Assembly: GCA_018817165.1 (NCBI GenBank)
Contig: JAHITY010000072.1
Span: 49,164 to 113,163, forward strand
Source: Candidatus Omnitrophota bacterium
GTDB taxonomy: Bacteria; Omnitrophota; Gorgyraeia; B26-G9
Length of the DNA: 64,000 bases
Direction: 5' to 3'
Position numbers and translations under genes: made by a program. Of the stretch, positions 35,201-42,136 are shown one piece after another. The notes under the pieces were generated by a model that was given only the letters and a program-made list of their open reading frames with translations, made no database searches and had not been told where the DNA came from. The number at the start of each line of letters is the position of its first letter. Within the stretch, counting starts at the first letter, position 1.

Positions 35201-38200
35201 CAAAAGATAATACTGTATCAGTAACCTGGAGTCCGGCAATTGACGCAGACAGCGGTTTGGATGGTTATTCTTTGCTCTGGGATACAAATCCGACAACAAT
35301 TCCCGACACTATAAAAGATATAGAACAAACACAGAATTCAAATACAAGCCCTGCGCTGGTAAATGGGAATACTCATTATGTGCACATAAGAAGCGTAGAC
35401 AATGTCGGTAACTGGGCATCAACAGCAGTCCATCTTGGGCCATTCTATATTGACACACAAGTTCCAACGCCAGTTTCAGTTTATCAAATCAGTGAATACG
35501 CTGGAGGAGATTATTTGAGTGTAAGCGGAAATACAATTTATTATTCGGGACTCGCTTATTCCGCATTTCGGGTTTATCTGGCTGCCAGTGATGCCGCATC
35601 AGGATTAAAAGAAGCATTATTTCCCACAACAACAAGCTCCGGAGGAACAGACACAACTGAAGATGTTGGCGCATATCAATATTTATATACATATGAAATC
35701 GCAGCACCGGCAACTAGTTTTAATAATGTGAATGCTGTGGTTTATGATAATGCGGGTAATTCGATTAATGTTCCCTTTAGTGTGGTTTTAGACAGTACAG
35801 CGCCAAATTTTGTGACAACCCTTACATCATCATCGCATACTCAGGGCGTTCCCTCAATTAATAATGATATTACCTTTACCTGGTCGGATGTGAGTGATAC
35901 TCAGTCCGGAGTCGCGGGATATAGTATTATTGTAAATACAAATCCAACTACTATCCCGCCACAATATCTGAATGTGGATCAAGGCCAAGGAACGTATACA
36001 GCAAATGATCGGGCTTCCGGTAGTTATTATGGACATATCCGCAGTGTGGATAATGTGGGTAATTGGTCAAGTACAGTTACTCATGCCGGACCATATATAA
36101 TCGGTAGAGGGAATCTAAACGCGGCGATTACCAGTTCGAAAAATATTGTCAGCACGGATCAGCAGTTTTCAATTACGATGACAGTGGACAATAGCGGAAG
36201 TTCGGCGGTTAATGATGTTGATCCGAGTACTTTGACTGTGAGTACAACCGGCGCGGCAACAGCTACTACAAGTTCCAATCCAGCTGCTCAGGATATTGCC
36301 GCGGCAGGGCAAAAACAATTTCAATGGGTATATACAGCGGGAGCAAATCCCGGAACAATTAGTTTTAAAGGTTACGCGCAGGGCACAGATACTGATGGGA
36401 TAATTAAATCGAGTGTTATTTCTTCAAATGATATTACGGTCGAACAAAAAGCTAATTTGAGCTTGAGCGTTTCCGCTGCTCCGTCAACTGTAAATACCAA
36501 TGAAAACATAACGATCAAAGTAACTGTTTCTAATAGCGGGCAAGCCGACGCGGTAAATGTGGCGCTATTGTTAACTCCATCTGGTTCTGCGAATCCGATT
36601 ATTGATTCAGGTCCCAGTCCGGCTACATCAACAATAAAGGGCGGAAGGTCAAAGGAGTTTACTTTTATTGCGCATGGAGCGGGTGCGGGTGTTGCTAATT
36701 TCGCGGCTTATATTTCCCAGGGAACTGATGAGAATTCTAATCTGCTTTTGCTAGCAATACAAGCGCAGGATTCAGTCACAGTGCAATCACCGCCATTCTA
36801 TGAGCTGACATCGTCAATAAGCGCAACTCCTGTTTCGGTGCAGCCAGCAGAGACAATTACAATTATAATGAATGTGCAGAATACCGGAGGCAGTATATTA
36901 ACTAATATTACTCCGTCAAGTTTGGCGGTGGGAGGAACTTCCTCAGACGCTATTTATGCGACTGGGCCTACTCCGGCTAATGTATCAACTTTGGCTGCTG
37001 GAGCAGCGCAGCAGTTTAGCTGGACTTATACCGCGGGCAGTACATTAGGCAGTATTAACTTTACGGGTAATGCTAATTCAACAGAAATAGGATCCAGCGC
37101 AACAGCTTCCAGTGATATTACGATTTTAACTGAAGCAGCTGTTTTAACATCAGCGATTGCCGCTACGCCAGCATCTTTACTGACTAATGCGACAATAACC
37201 GTGACAATGAGTGTGACCAATACAGCTAATAGCGGAGGGGCAACAGCAGAGAATGTGATTCCTTCGATTTTAACAATCGGCGGCAGCAGCGGAGAAGCAA
37301 ATTTATTGACTGGTCCAAGTCCCTCCAGCGCAAACATCGCTCCTCAGGCGCAGCAGAATTTTGTCTGGACCTATAAAGCGGGAATAACTCCGGGTACAGT
37401 TAATTTTACGGGGAATGCCTCAGGTACTGATTCCAGTGATTCTTCAGATGTAAGTTCCGCGGCTAATGCTTCAGCTAATGTGAGCATCAGCACGCTAAAC
37501 GCGGATTGGATATATCCTACAGGGGCAAATGTGCTGGGGCCGATCCGGAGCATTCCGATTGCTTATTGGGGCATGGAAAATAAAATTTATATTGGATCAG
37601 ATGATAATAATCTATACATCTTAAACGGAGATACGCATGAACTTGATAGCAGCTTTACAACCTCGGGAAAGATCAGAGGTTTGCCATATCCATCAACGGA
37701 TATTGATGGAGCGGATTTAAAAGATATTGTTTATTTTGGAACAGTGGGTAAAACAGTTTATGGTTTATGGGCAGACAATACGCTCAGATGGAATAGGGTA
37801 ATGGGTGAGGCCCTGACAACCACAGTATTATATGATTATGTTTCCGGCGTCTATTTTGGGACAACCGCGAATAATATTTATTGTATTGATGCCGCGGATG
37901 GAACAGATTTCTGGGGAGCTCCGGCAGCTGTAGGCGGGGCGATTGAATCATCGCCGGCAATGATTTATGTGCCGACTTTGGATTATGATGAAATATACTT
38001 TGGAGCAAGCGATGGAAAAGTTTATGGGTTTAAGGCGATTGACGGCACCGGAGCGCGCACATTTGATACGGGTTTTGGGGCAGAGGGGGCAATTAAAACA
38101 GCGCCAACAATTACTTTACAAAACCCGAGTGTCGGCAGTTCAAGGCGCTTGATGGTATTTGGCACGGCCAATGGAAAATTTTACGCGGTGAATACAGCGA

Positions 38201-38640
38201 ATCTAAGTTCAGCTCCCGCGGATACAGGTTGGAGTGTTAATCCGATTTCCGTGGGCGGGGCAGTTTATTCCGCGCCCTGGTTTGATACTGGTTCACGCTA
38301 TGTATTTTTTGGTTCGCAGGATGGCAAACTGTATGCAGTGAGTATTGCTGATGGGAGTATGAAGCCAAATTTTCCAGTAGACGTGGGATCGCCGATTGAT
38401 TCCTGGCCATTGGTTGAAAACGGTATAGTTTATTTTGGCGCGGATAATGGCAAGTTTTACGCAGTTGATGTTGTCACTGGGCAAATAGTTCCGGGATGGC
38501 CTTATGATACCGGCGATGCGATTAAAGGCGGCGCGGCGCTGCATTTGATATATAATACTGATACCTGGGATGTGGAAGAAACTTATGTAATCGTTGGTTC
38601 AGACTCGGGTAAGGTTTATTCGTTTAGAGCCGTGAGATAA
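20248..38640 (+). CDS. Giant (6130 aa) secreted surface protein/adhesin: FN3-like repeats, 27 x ~119-aa Ig-like repeats, DUF2341+LamG, CARDB-like repeats, C-terminal PQQ-type beta-propeller
   Basis: Signal peptide (FAQA|D); repeat consensus HF.I.HD..A.AG..E.ITITAKD...NTEGNL; DUF2341 motif LTDFPVL..DI.FT..L.HEIE..WVKIP; LamG GQLDEVRYS; propeller blades VYFGADNGKFYAVD. Confidence 0.92.
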   Translation: MLRNTKKVNNIDFPNNLLKFCLTFLFFIGPLIIFTSFAQADVPVFMAYSQASATSGGTINVTKPSGTVQGDLLIASYVSDDIYTLTAPSGWTLIQGGYSNPVDNTPSFGVWYKIADASEPTSYTFSSGGNDDQYVAILRYQGHDPAAPINNSAIAYSTGSNAPTAPSINTTREECVILRVFGADDDDTPYNVPAGYSERYNGKSTASNSSCGGAGADTTQALPGATGTAAFSMNAIEEWMAVTIAIAPPPKPNVNITVTPNQTKAQNSGGLEFKLVFDQVMNTSIAPVVSYDPAGVLGAQSCTGGTWSTTTLTNDTYKVYNDNPITDSTGDGTATISVSAAKSAAGAIMNPDTNDTFLIDATVPINPTQPCSAWNSSSKINSIANDTWQEADNTPYFEWSGATDTGGTGVNGYSVYWGNDAYGEPALIQEQSASNYNVSSGTADGVYYLRVRTFDIIGNYSQSVTLFTFRYDAGVPLNPDIPCAAWQSNLKVNPISNNTWQQADDTPYFEWTGANDSGGSGISGYSVYWGTDINGAPGVSQEQGNADYEISTPTGDGTYYLRIRTFDNLNHYSAPITLFTFRYDATAPLNPTVPCNAWDSSSKNTVISDNTAQGIDSSPYFEWSGADDGSGQGVSGYSVYWGIDPEGEPATAQEQSAANYNIVSAVSEGTYYLRIRTFDALGHYSDAVTLFTFILDQTKPTVSVGVLPDPSGHRAPGELGFTLLFSESMDMGTDPIVSYDPSGATGVQNASLNGAWSTTNNPNDTYTVYNSNAINSATGEGTATISISMAKDIAGNTMLADTNDVFSINTAIDHFVIEHDGSGLINIPETITITAKNITNCTVNDFTGQITLSTLNETKQITWALVSGNGTFVDNGLGNDSATYTFNAADNGVVVLQLTCSAANNLDIEATDGTHSDDDTEGTLVISTTALGWFVIEHDNAAVAGVKEDIKVTAKDTNGLTKTDYVGTVILDTTGTPTTISWTISTGLGTFSEGGASVDTAQYTFNPNDNGVAIFTIKDTKAETLNISVDDAGKTDNNLEGNLVIAPGALNHFIVSHDAQAIAGIADSVTIRAYDIYNNIKTDYVGTMTVDTNGTDSAISWAKISGNGIFTDGGPSADTATYGFVSADAGVVVLSITDTKKETIDIDASAEGKTDTDSEGTMVISAAAIDYFLISHDTAGSAGVAEQVTVLAKDSYGNTKTDYTGTITLDTNGTAAAISWAKAVGNGIFTDNGPSVDTATYVFDLTDNGIAVFSIIDSTAESINISVSGDAKTDNNTEGNLVIGPAVIWSFRVTHDGAGNAGLAETVTITALNSIGQIKTDYTGTITIDTNGTATAISWTKLIGNGTFNDGGVAVDTAVYTFSALDNGVVTLAITDNAVESIDIDVSGSGKTDDDSEGLMNIDTALLAYFRIAHDGIAVAGINENITITAKDTLGQTKTDYTGTIYIDTDGTANTITWTKISGAGGFVDDGAAADTCAYTFSAADNGVVVLGMSDTFTETINISVSGSASDDNTEGLLQVRPGTLSKFIISHDNNAFTGIPEHITIAAYDGFNNIKTDYTGSIIVDTNGTATTISWAKYQGAGTFVDGGASVDTATYTYNSADTGIVTLDMTDMTAETINISVSGGGSVDDNTEGNLVITQFLLGNWTYNKEVTIDRTKVMAALTDFPVLISIVDTALRDNARSDGFDIVFTASDKNTKLDHEIESFDKATGTLVAWVKIPSLLASADTKIYMYYGNPAASDQQNKSGVWDSSYKGVWHLNNDPSITAPQVKDSTSNNNAMTSYGTMTNTDLVYAKVGKGIDFDGSNDYFKKTSPVGVGTPGDYTVSAWFKYTSSPANYGTIYNHNNYSPQFGFYNQSVAMVYHSSLITSSGTATHNDNQWHKVDYRRVGSTVYFYVDGVLHGTGSHTRTFPTATSALIGWSNYSNEYWLGQLDEVRYSTTARSPEWIATEYNNQNSPATFINVGLAATATANPVITDTVPVGQTGNLILNVSVTNNEGSVLTINSITLNNVGTASDAEITAVKLYYDSNNSLDYTPGVDTQVGNSGFSSGTKMFSGFNINISAGATQYLFAVVDVASACASGKILDVSIPINGITFSNGKKLASAVLNSNGTRQTYIGLNHFVINHDGAAIAGLDEHITITAKDAYGNTKTDYTGTITVDTDGTAESISWSKYAGNGVFTDGGSSLDTATYTFALSDGGVVVLNISNQIAQTINISVNGDAKSDDNTEPDLSFSAGLVDKFILNHDQAAIAGQGETITIIVKDSFGNTVTNYSGQITLGTDGSAADISWTLNSGSGIFLNNGAGAGTAMYTFDPSDSGTASFEIMDNKAETINIIAVGDGKYDDNSEGALVVAPGELHHFVISHDQSANAGSAEVISITALDSLNNIKTNYTGTVTLDTTGTATKITWALNAGNGIFIDGGGSLDTATYTFNALDNGIAVFNLTDTKAEIINISVVAGSITDNDTEGNMIVGPGEIDYFLISHDRIATTDVSEQIMITAYDAFANIKNDYTGTIGLDTTGTVTTITWTLISGEGIFNDSGPSDDTASYTFTADDSGVVIVSIINYTAESVNISVTGDGKTDNNLEGNLVFVSSGIDHFLIVHDNNAIAGIAESISIYAKNANGDTLTSYGGQITIDTTGTPGTISWALQSGTGDFTDSGAADDTCSYIYDDADLGVVVLTMIDSTEETINISVFGEAKTDNNTEGNLVINPAGLHHFSITHDNNAIAGIGETVTIQAKDANNNTLNTYAGQINLDTTGTATTVTWAKISGNGSFSDGGALVDTATYSYVAGDSGTCVLSITDTKVESLNISVAGGGKTDDDKEGLLTIGAGAIDHFTISHDGIAVAGVADNVTITAYDAYGNIKTNYTGQITLDTNGTATTITWAKAAGLGTFIEGGAAVDTATYTFLAADNGQCILKITDTKSESLNISVIGDGKSDNDSEGNLIVSPTSLQYFMVSHDTNAEAGVAENITITAYDLYSNIKDNYTGTITLDTNGTATTISWSKVTGNGVFTDGGAAVDTATYTYTDSDKGIVVLSINDTKKENIDIDVFGGGKTDTDTEGILVIAPTSINHFVITHDGNAEAGIAENITVKAYDIYSNLKDNYMGTIGLNTNGTETTITWAKITGNGVFVDGGAAVDTASYTYADSDDGIAVFSITDTKKEVINITISGDGKSDTNTEGDLTVGASAINYFTIFHDGSGVVGLGESIAIYAKDTWGNIKDNYIGQITVDTNGTATAIAWTLSAGVGVFVDGGAAADTATYTFSDADDGLVVLSLNNSVAETINISVSGDGKTDDNTEGNLIINPVGGLNTGYLSPTANSGNFTSPANAYANDTSRATSSNGQSQQYSNYGINIPAGSTILGIEVQMDAYASTTTGLIQGLVELSWNGGTNFTSTGKITPDMITSEVTYILGGPTDIWGRTWTVADLTNANFRLRINASTPGTTSYLYLDWIPVRVYYDLPPDAIANPVSTNSVSAGASNILSLDITVTNSASQNRIINSLTINNTGTLSDTEIASLKLYYDSNNSGDYTVNVDNQVGSGVFNSASKTFTGLIITVPPSGSADLFVVCQIAQTVNDADTLDIQIPSNGISFANGVQIEDTALNSAGIIPVSLVLNHFVIVHDQAAVTGIPEQVRITAHDVYGNIKTAYTGTITLDTNGTATAITWAKVTGNGVFTDGGAAVDTATYIFNATDNGTALFSIVDNKAETINISVSGNAKIDDNTEGNLVISSGAIDHFQISHDSAAVAGVPENIIITAKDVFNNTVANYTGQIILDTNGTAAGISWELFSGFGVFADGGQGVDTATYTFNSSDNSTVTFTLTATVAETLNIAVTGDGKADDNTEANLIVSAAGLNHFLINHDGAAQAGVAETITITAKDQYGNTKKNYTEQISLDTNGTASTIVWAKISGNGTFVDGGLSVDTATYTYNLADNGVVILSLKDTNLESLNISVSGSGKTDNDSEGLLNVGPGIINHFSIIHDGFGLQNQAEEIIIKAYDAYNNIKTDYTGSIIVDTNGTANAITWALNAGSGVFNDNGASVDTATYTFNLSDNGQVILSLTDTVSEIINISISGDTKTDDDNEGVLEIVAAGFHHFKITHDGNAIAGIAEQIMVTAKDASDVTITNYAGTITLDTNGTATEISWALQSGTGAFNDNGLTVDTATYTFNLSDNGTAVFTITNTQIQTINISVSGSGKTDDNTEGNLVFNPPGLKHFRITHDGSAIAGVVENIIITARDANSNPVVNYTGSITLDTNGTSGTIAWSKISGNGTFTDGGAAVDTATYSFAAADNGTVTLGIVNTKAELFNVSVIGDAKTDDNLEGDITVIANALNKFIIVHDASAQAGIAENIIITAKDAYANTIINYTGTINLDTNGNATTISWAKVTGSGVLNDGGALVDTADYTFGLADNGVVVLSITDTTVENLNISVASDGKSDDDTEGILIVGAGALDKFIVSHDGSGYAGIGELITVKAYDIYANIKTNYSGTITVDTNGTMNAISWSLNSGLGVFTDGGAAVDTATYTFVAGDNGLVVLMLIDTAAESIDIDISGSGKFDDDSEGNMLVSPSGLHHFLIEHDASAMAGIAESINIYAKDYYNNTQNDYTGTITLDTTGTATTITWSNISGNGMFNDNGASLDTAAYTFILADNGLVSFSLNDTTAEILNISVSGDGKFDDDTEGGLTVSPNVLNYFSISHDGSAVQSIGEEIMVTAKDQYGNIKTDYIGTIILDTDGDVNNISWELKNGAGFFTDGGSGVDTAMYTFALQDNGEAFFNITDNTAQTIDIDVNDGSIIDDDTEGALVVQASSLSVDITANTLSSGYISQTVTDKLILDLTLTNNNVLAADTIQSLTINNSGTIPDSQISAIKLFYDSNNSGEFEPGIDAQIGTKVFSGGAAVFNDIDVLIPIAGTEELYATVDLSGTVTNGASVDISVPINGISFEFSPTAEDSILNSTGSYIVDSVGPGNVSGLATNSHNNAISTWSDPQSKDNTVSVTWSPAIDADSGLDGYSLLWDTNPTTIPDTIKDIEQTQNSNTSPALVNGNTHYVHIRSVDNVGNWASTAVHLGPFYIDTQVPTPVSVYQISEYAGGDYLSVSGNTIYYSGLAYSAFRVYLAASDAASGLKEALFPTTTSSGGTDTTEDVGAYQYLYTYEIAAPATSFNNVNAVVYDNAGNSINVPFSVVLDSTAPNFVTTLTSSSHTQGVPSINNDITFTWSDVSDTQSGVAGYSIIVNTNPTTIPPQYLNVDQGQGTYTANDRASGSYYGHIRSVDNVGNWSSTVTHAGPYIIGRGNLNAAITSSKNIVSTDQQFSITMTVDNSGSSAVNDVDPSTLTVSTTGAATATTSSNPAAQDIAAAGQKQFQWVYTAGANPGTISFKGYAQGTDTDGIIKSSVISSNDITVEQKANLSLSVSAAPSTVNTNENITIKVTVSNSGQADAVNVALLLTPSGSANPIIDSGPSPATSTIKGGRSKEFTFIAHGAGAGVANFAAYISQGTDENSNLLLLAIQAQDSVTVQSPPFYELTSSISATPVSVQPAETITIIMNVQNTGGSILTNITPSSLAVGGTSSDAIYATGPTPANVSTLAAGAAQQFSWTYTAGSTLGSINFTGNANSTEIGSSATASSDITILTEAAVLTSAIAATPASLLTNATITVTMSVTNTANSGGATAENVIPSILTIGGSSGEANLLTGPSPSSANIAPQAQQNFVWTYKAGITPGTVNFTGNASGTDSSDSSDVSSAANASANVSISTLNADWIYPTGANVLGPIRSIPIAYWGMENKIYIGSDDNNLYILNGDTHELDSSFTTSGKIRGLPYPSTDIDGADLKDIVYFGTVGKTVYGLWADNTLRWNRVMGEALTTTVLYDYVSGVYFGTTANNIYCIDAADGTDFWGAPAAVGGAIESSPAMIYVPTLDYDEIYFGASDGKVYGFKAIDGTGARTFDTGFGAEGAIKTAPTITLQNPSVGSSRRLMVFGTANGKFYAVNTANLSSAPADTGWSVNPISVGGAVYSAPWFDTGSRYVFFGSQDGKLYAVSIADGSMKPNFPVDVGSPIDSWPLVENGIVYFGADNGKFYAVDVVTGQIVPGWPYDTGDAIKGGAALHLIYNTDTWDVEETYVIVGSDSGKVYSFRAVR

Positions 38641-38644
38641 GAGC

Positions 38645-38667
38645 AGCGTATAGCGAATAGCGTTTAG
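38645..38667 (+). repeat. AGCGNNT heptamer tract
   Basis: agcgtat-agcgaat-agcgttt-ag directly after the stop codon. Confidence 0.7.
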
Positions 38668-38734
38668 GAAAAACAGAAAACCGGATGGGTTATCCTGAAA
38701 TAGGTTTAGAGTAAAGAATATAATTTTAAAAATC

Positions 38735-38828
38735 GTAGGGGCGCTGCTTGCCTGCGCCCGCTTATTAATGATTTTACCGATTCATGTAATTGTATATTAT
38801 TTCGGGCCGGGGCAAGCGCGGCCCCTAC
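38735..38828. repeat. GTAG-type REP doublet (REPIN)
   Basis: GTAGGGGCGCTGCTTGCCTGCGCCCG and inverted GTAGGGGCCGCGCTTGCCCCGGCCCG around an AT-rich spacer. Confidence 0.8.
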
Positions 38829-38877
38829 ATTGTGTCCTTGTGACTTGTGAACTTGTTATTTAAATAAGGGAGTTTGT

Positions 38878-40011
38878 ATGAAAAGGATTATTTGCGCTGT
38901 AGTTCTAATCGTAATTTTGTGTGCTGTGCCGGCAGTTGCCGCGGACTGGCCGATGTTTCGTAATGATGCTTTACATCAAGCGCAATCTAAAGAAATATTG
39001 CAGCCGCCTTTAAAGGAAAAATGGCATTTCAGCACTCAGGGAAAAATTATTTCATCGCCCAGTGTTTATAATAATGCGGTATTGATCGGCTCAAGAGATA
39101 ATTATTTGTATTGCCTTAATGCGGAGAACGGTGGTTTAAATTGGAAATTCCAAACAAGAGGATGGATAGATTCATCGCCAGCGGTTTCTAATGACAAAGT
39201 TTATATTAGCTCTAGAGATGGAAATTTATATTGTTTGAATTTTGAAGATGGCAAGCTTTTATGGAAATATGCAACTGGCGGCACTGATTTTTCTTCGCCC
39301 TTGGTCGCGGATAATAAAGTGTTTTGCGGCAGTGGGTTTCCAAATAAGTTTATTTACGCGCTTGACGCAAAGAGTGGTAAAGAGATATGGAAAGTGGAAA
39401 CAAATCAAATGGTATATTCATCAGCAGCTTTGGATGGAGATCAATTGTATGTCGGGTCTAATGATGGATATGTTTATTGTTTGAATAAAGACACTGGAGC
39501 TGTGCTGTGGAAGTATCAGACCAAAGGCGGTATTTATATGGCATCACCGACTATGGATGCAAATAAATTATATATTGCTGCCGGTGATTTCGACTGGTCG
39601 GTTTACGCGCTTAATCTTGATAAAGGCACTGAGGCATGGAAGTATACAATTGAAGATAGTCAGTCTACCCCTAATTATGTATCAACAGTGGCGGTATCGG
39701 ATAAAGGTATCTTTATTATCGCGGGTTATGAACAACAATATATTTATTGTTTAAATGGTTTAAATGGAAAATTGCAGTGGAAGCAGGCATTAGGTCCAGC
39801 AGCGCGATATGGATTTGCCTCTTCAGCTTGCGTTACCGAAGATATTGTTTATGTTGCTTCAGCAAAAGGCATATTAATCGGTTTGGAAATCAGCACAGGT
39901 GTGTTAAAATGGCAGTATGGATTAGGCTCAGGAGTGCTTTCATCTCCGGCAGTATCTGAGGGCAAATTATTTATTGGTACAATTGATGGTAAATTGTACG
40001 CGTTTGAATAA
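38878..40011 (+). CDS. Exported PQQ-like (BamB-type) beta-propeller protein
   Basis: Signal peptide, DWPMFR, repeated SSP...GS.DG.LY.L...G...W blades. Confidence 0.9.
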   Translation: MKRIICAVVLIVILCAVPAVAADWPMFRNDALHQAQSKEILQPPLKEKWHFSTQGKIISSPSVYNNAVLIGSRDNYLYCLNAENGGLNWKFQTRGWIDSSPAVSNDKVYISSRDGNLYCLNFEDGKLLWKYATGGTDFSSPLVADNKVFCGSGFPNKFIYALDAKSGKEIWKVETNQMVYSSAALDGDQLYVGSNDGYVYCLNKDTGAVLWKYQTKGGIYMASPTMDANKLYIAAGDFDWSVYALNLDKGTEAWKYTIEDSQSTPNYVSTVAVSDKGIFIIAGYEQQYIYCLNGLNGKLQWKQALGPAARYGFASSACVTEDIVYVASAKGILIGLEISTGVLKWQYGLGSGVLSSPAVSEGKLFIGTIDGKLYAFE

Positions 40012-40025
40012 TCAAGGAAATAAAA

Positions 40026-40433
40026 ATGAAGCTTAAATCAAACAAAGGATTTAGTCTGGCAGAAGTTTTAGTCGCGGGATTCGTCGCGGCAGTTGCTTTT
40101 GTGGCAATTTTAGGGACATTAAGTAATATCACATTGCTCAATGAGCTTAATCAGGAAAAGACTTTTGCCGCAATGCACGCGCAGTATCTTCTTGAGGAAA
40201 TCCGTGACGCGGCATTTGCTAATCTTGAGAATAATATTAATAATGGGAATTGGGATTTTACGCTTAATCAGCTTGCGGCAAATCCCTATAATTTTACCGG
40301 ACTAAATTTAGAAAGTGTAGATACAATGGTTGTTAATACGGGCAATCCTTTACAAGTAAGGTTGACGGTTAATTGGACTGATCGCAGGGGATCAGCCAGG
40401 ACTTATGCTTTAGAAATGCTGAGGACAGATTAA
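40026..40433 (+). CDS. Minor type IV (pseudo)pilin, PilV-like
   Basis: KG|FSLAE prepilin cleavage motif plus hydrophobic helix. Confidence 0.85.
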   Translation: MKLKSNKGFSLAEVLVAGFVAAVAFVAILGTLSNITLLNELNQEKTFAAMHAQYLLEEIRDAAFANLENNINNGNWDFTLNQLAANPYNFTGLNLESVDTMVVNTGNPLQVRLTVNWTDRRGSARTYALEMLRTD

Positions 40434-40904
40434 ATGAAAGGATTCACATTAGTAGAGTTAATGGTTTCTGTTTTGATAATGACGGGAATGGTCATTGGTT
40501 TGCTTGCGGCTTTTGAAGTGGGCAGAAATGTTTATGATTCTAATCAGGGTTTAATGGAAAAACAAAGGATAATCCAGCAAACAATGGGAGCAATAGTAAA
40601 AGAAATCCGGCAGTCAAAACTGGCTGATATTACAATAAGCAATGGAAATACGCGGATTGATTTTATAATTCCGACAAGTGTCAATCCTTTGACTAATTCC
40701 AGTAATATCAGGTATTCGATTTTAAATAATCAGATTGTCCGGGAGCATCCTCCGGGCAATCAGCAGGTTTTGGCAATTAATGTTGATTCTCTGATGTTTG
40801 ATTTAAGCGGCAATTTGTTGGAAATAGAAATTCAAGCGCGTATTTCATTGAGAACCGGAGATATGCTGTTTACTGTCAAGGAAAAGGTTTCTTTACGCAG
40901 CTAG
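40434..40904 (+). CDS. Minor type IV (pseudo)pilin, PilW-like
   Basis: KG|FTLVE prepilin motif. Confidence 0.85.
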   Translation: MKGFTLVELMVSVLIMTGMVIGLLAAFEVGRNVYDSNQGLMEKQRIIQQTMGAIVKEIRQSKLADITISNGNTRIDFIIPTSVNPLTNSSNIRYSILNNQIVREHPPGNQQVLAINVDSLMFDLSGNLLEIEIQARISLRTGDMLFTVKEKVSLRS

Positions 40905-40912
40905 CGGGGGTT

Positions 40913-42130
40913 ATGATGAACAAAAAAGGTTTTGCCATGGCTTTGAATTTGGTGATTATTGTTGTTTTAACAATTCTTGCCAGCGCTTTACTTTTACGCG
41001 GAGCTGTAGCCAGTAAGCGAACCGAAGGGTTTGTTGATCAGACACGGGCATTTTGGATGGCTGAATCCGGAGTTGCCAAGGCAGTATACGCGCTTAATAA
41101 TGGATCATGGGCAGGCTGGACAGCGCAGGGAAACAATAGAATATTGCAGGGATCGCTGGGTACTGCGGGCGATTATGATATCACGGTTTATAATTATCTG
41201 AGCGCTAATGCGCGGATTGAATCAACCGGATTTTTTCCCAGCAGAATAGCGGCAAGTCCGATCACGCGTAAGGTTGAAGTGCTTGTATCCAAAGCGAATA
41301 ATTCCTTGTTTAAGTACGCGGCTTTTGCAGAAGGCACGCTGTCGCTTAGCGGTCAGGGTTCAACTGATAGTTATGATTCATCTTTAGGGGCTTATGGCGG
41401 AGCGAATATTGGTTCGGATGGAGATGTGGGCAGTAATACGGAGTTTTCCGGCTCAGGCCAAGCTTATGTTGATGGTGATATAAATATTCCAGTAGGCGAA
41501 ACAGCTCCGGCGGCAAATTATTATTCCGGAACAGTCATTGAAGAAGATAAGCCGACTTTAACCACAGTTTCTGTGCCAGCAAATCTAACAACATTAACTA
41601 ATCTGGGCAGTATTTCCAGCACAACTACTTTGAATCCCGGAGATTATCAATACTGGATGATTAATGTAGCTAGTCATACGACAGTGACACTTGTTGGTCC
41701 AATAAATCTTTATTTAACTGGAACAACAGCGATAAAAGTAGCTGGGCAAGCCGAAATTTATATTGACCCAGCCAGCGCTGGTCCGGTAAATATTTATTTT
41801 GACGGAGACGTGAGCTTAACTGGACAAGGGATAACTAATGGCACCAGTGTTCCGGCAAATCTGATTTTGTATGGAACCGGGACAACTCAAGACATTAAAT
41901 TATCAGGTCAAGGTGATTTTTACGGAGGGATATATGCTCCTAATTCAGATCTGAAACTTACCGGGCAAGGTTCATTGCTGGGCGCTTTTGTGGGGAATAC
42001 TGTTACAATTAGCGGCCAAGGCGGGATTCATTATGATACTCAATTAGGCTCAGCAGGCGCTTCAGCGGTAAATACTTATTCAATTACCAGTTGGAGTGAT
42101 ACGCAGAATTCTTTTGGAATTTTTCAGTGA
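40913..42130 (+). CDS. PilX-like minor pilin with a C-terminal beta-helix-like domain
   Basis: KKG|FAMAL (no Glu5), AFWMAESG PilX motif, repeated (L/I).(L/I)(S/T)GQG rungs. Confidence 0.8.
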   Translation: MMNKKGFAMALNLVIIVVLTILASALLLRGAVASKRTEGFVDQTRAFWMAESGVAKAVYALNNGSWAGWTAQGNNRILQGSLGTAGDYDITVYNYLSANARIESTGFFPSRIAASPITRKVEVLVSKANNSLFKYAAFAEGTLSLSGQGSTDSYDSSLGAYGGANIGSDGDVGSNTEFSGSGQAYVDGDINIPVGETAPAANYYSGTVIEEDKPTLTTVSVPANLTTLTNLGSISSTTTLNPGDYQYWMINVASHTTVTLVGPINLYLTGTTAIKVAGQAEIYIDPASAGPVNIYFDGDVSLTGQGITNGTSVPANLILYGTGTTQDIKLSGQGDFYGGIYAPNSDLKLTGQGSLLGAFVGNTVTISGQGGIHYDTQLGSAGASAVNTYSITSWSDTQNSFGIFQ

Positions 42131-42136
42131 TTTATT

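Noticed and set aside
21204-38544. Many short antisense and alternative-frame ORFs within the giant gene
   Set aside because: Shadow ORFs caused by codon bias and repeats; they recur with the repeat period
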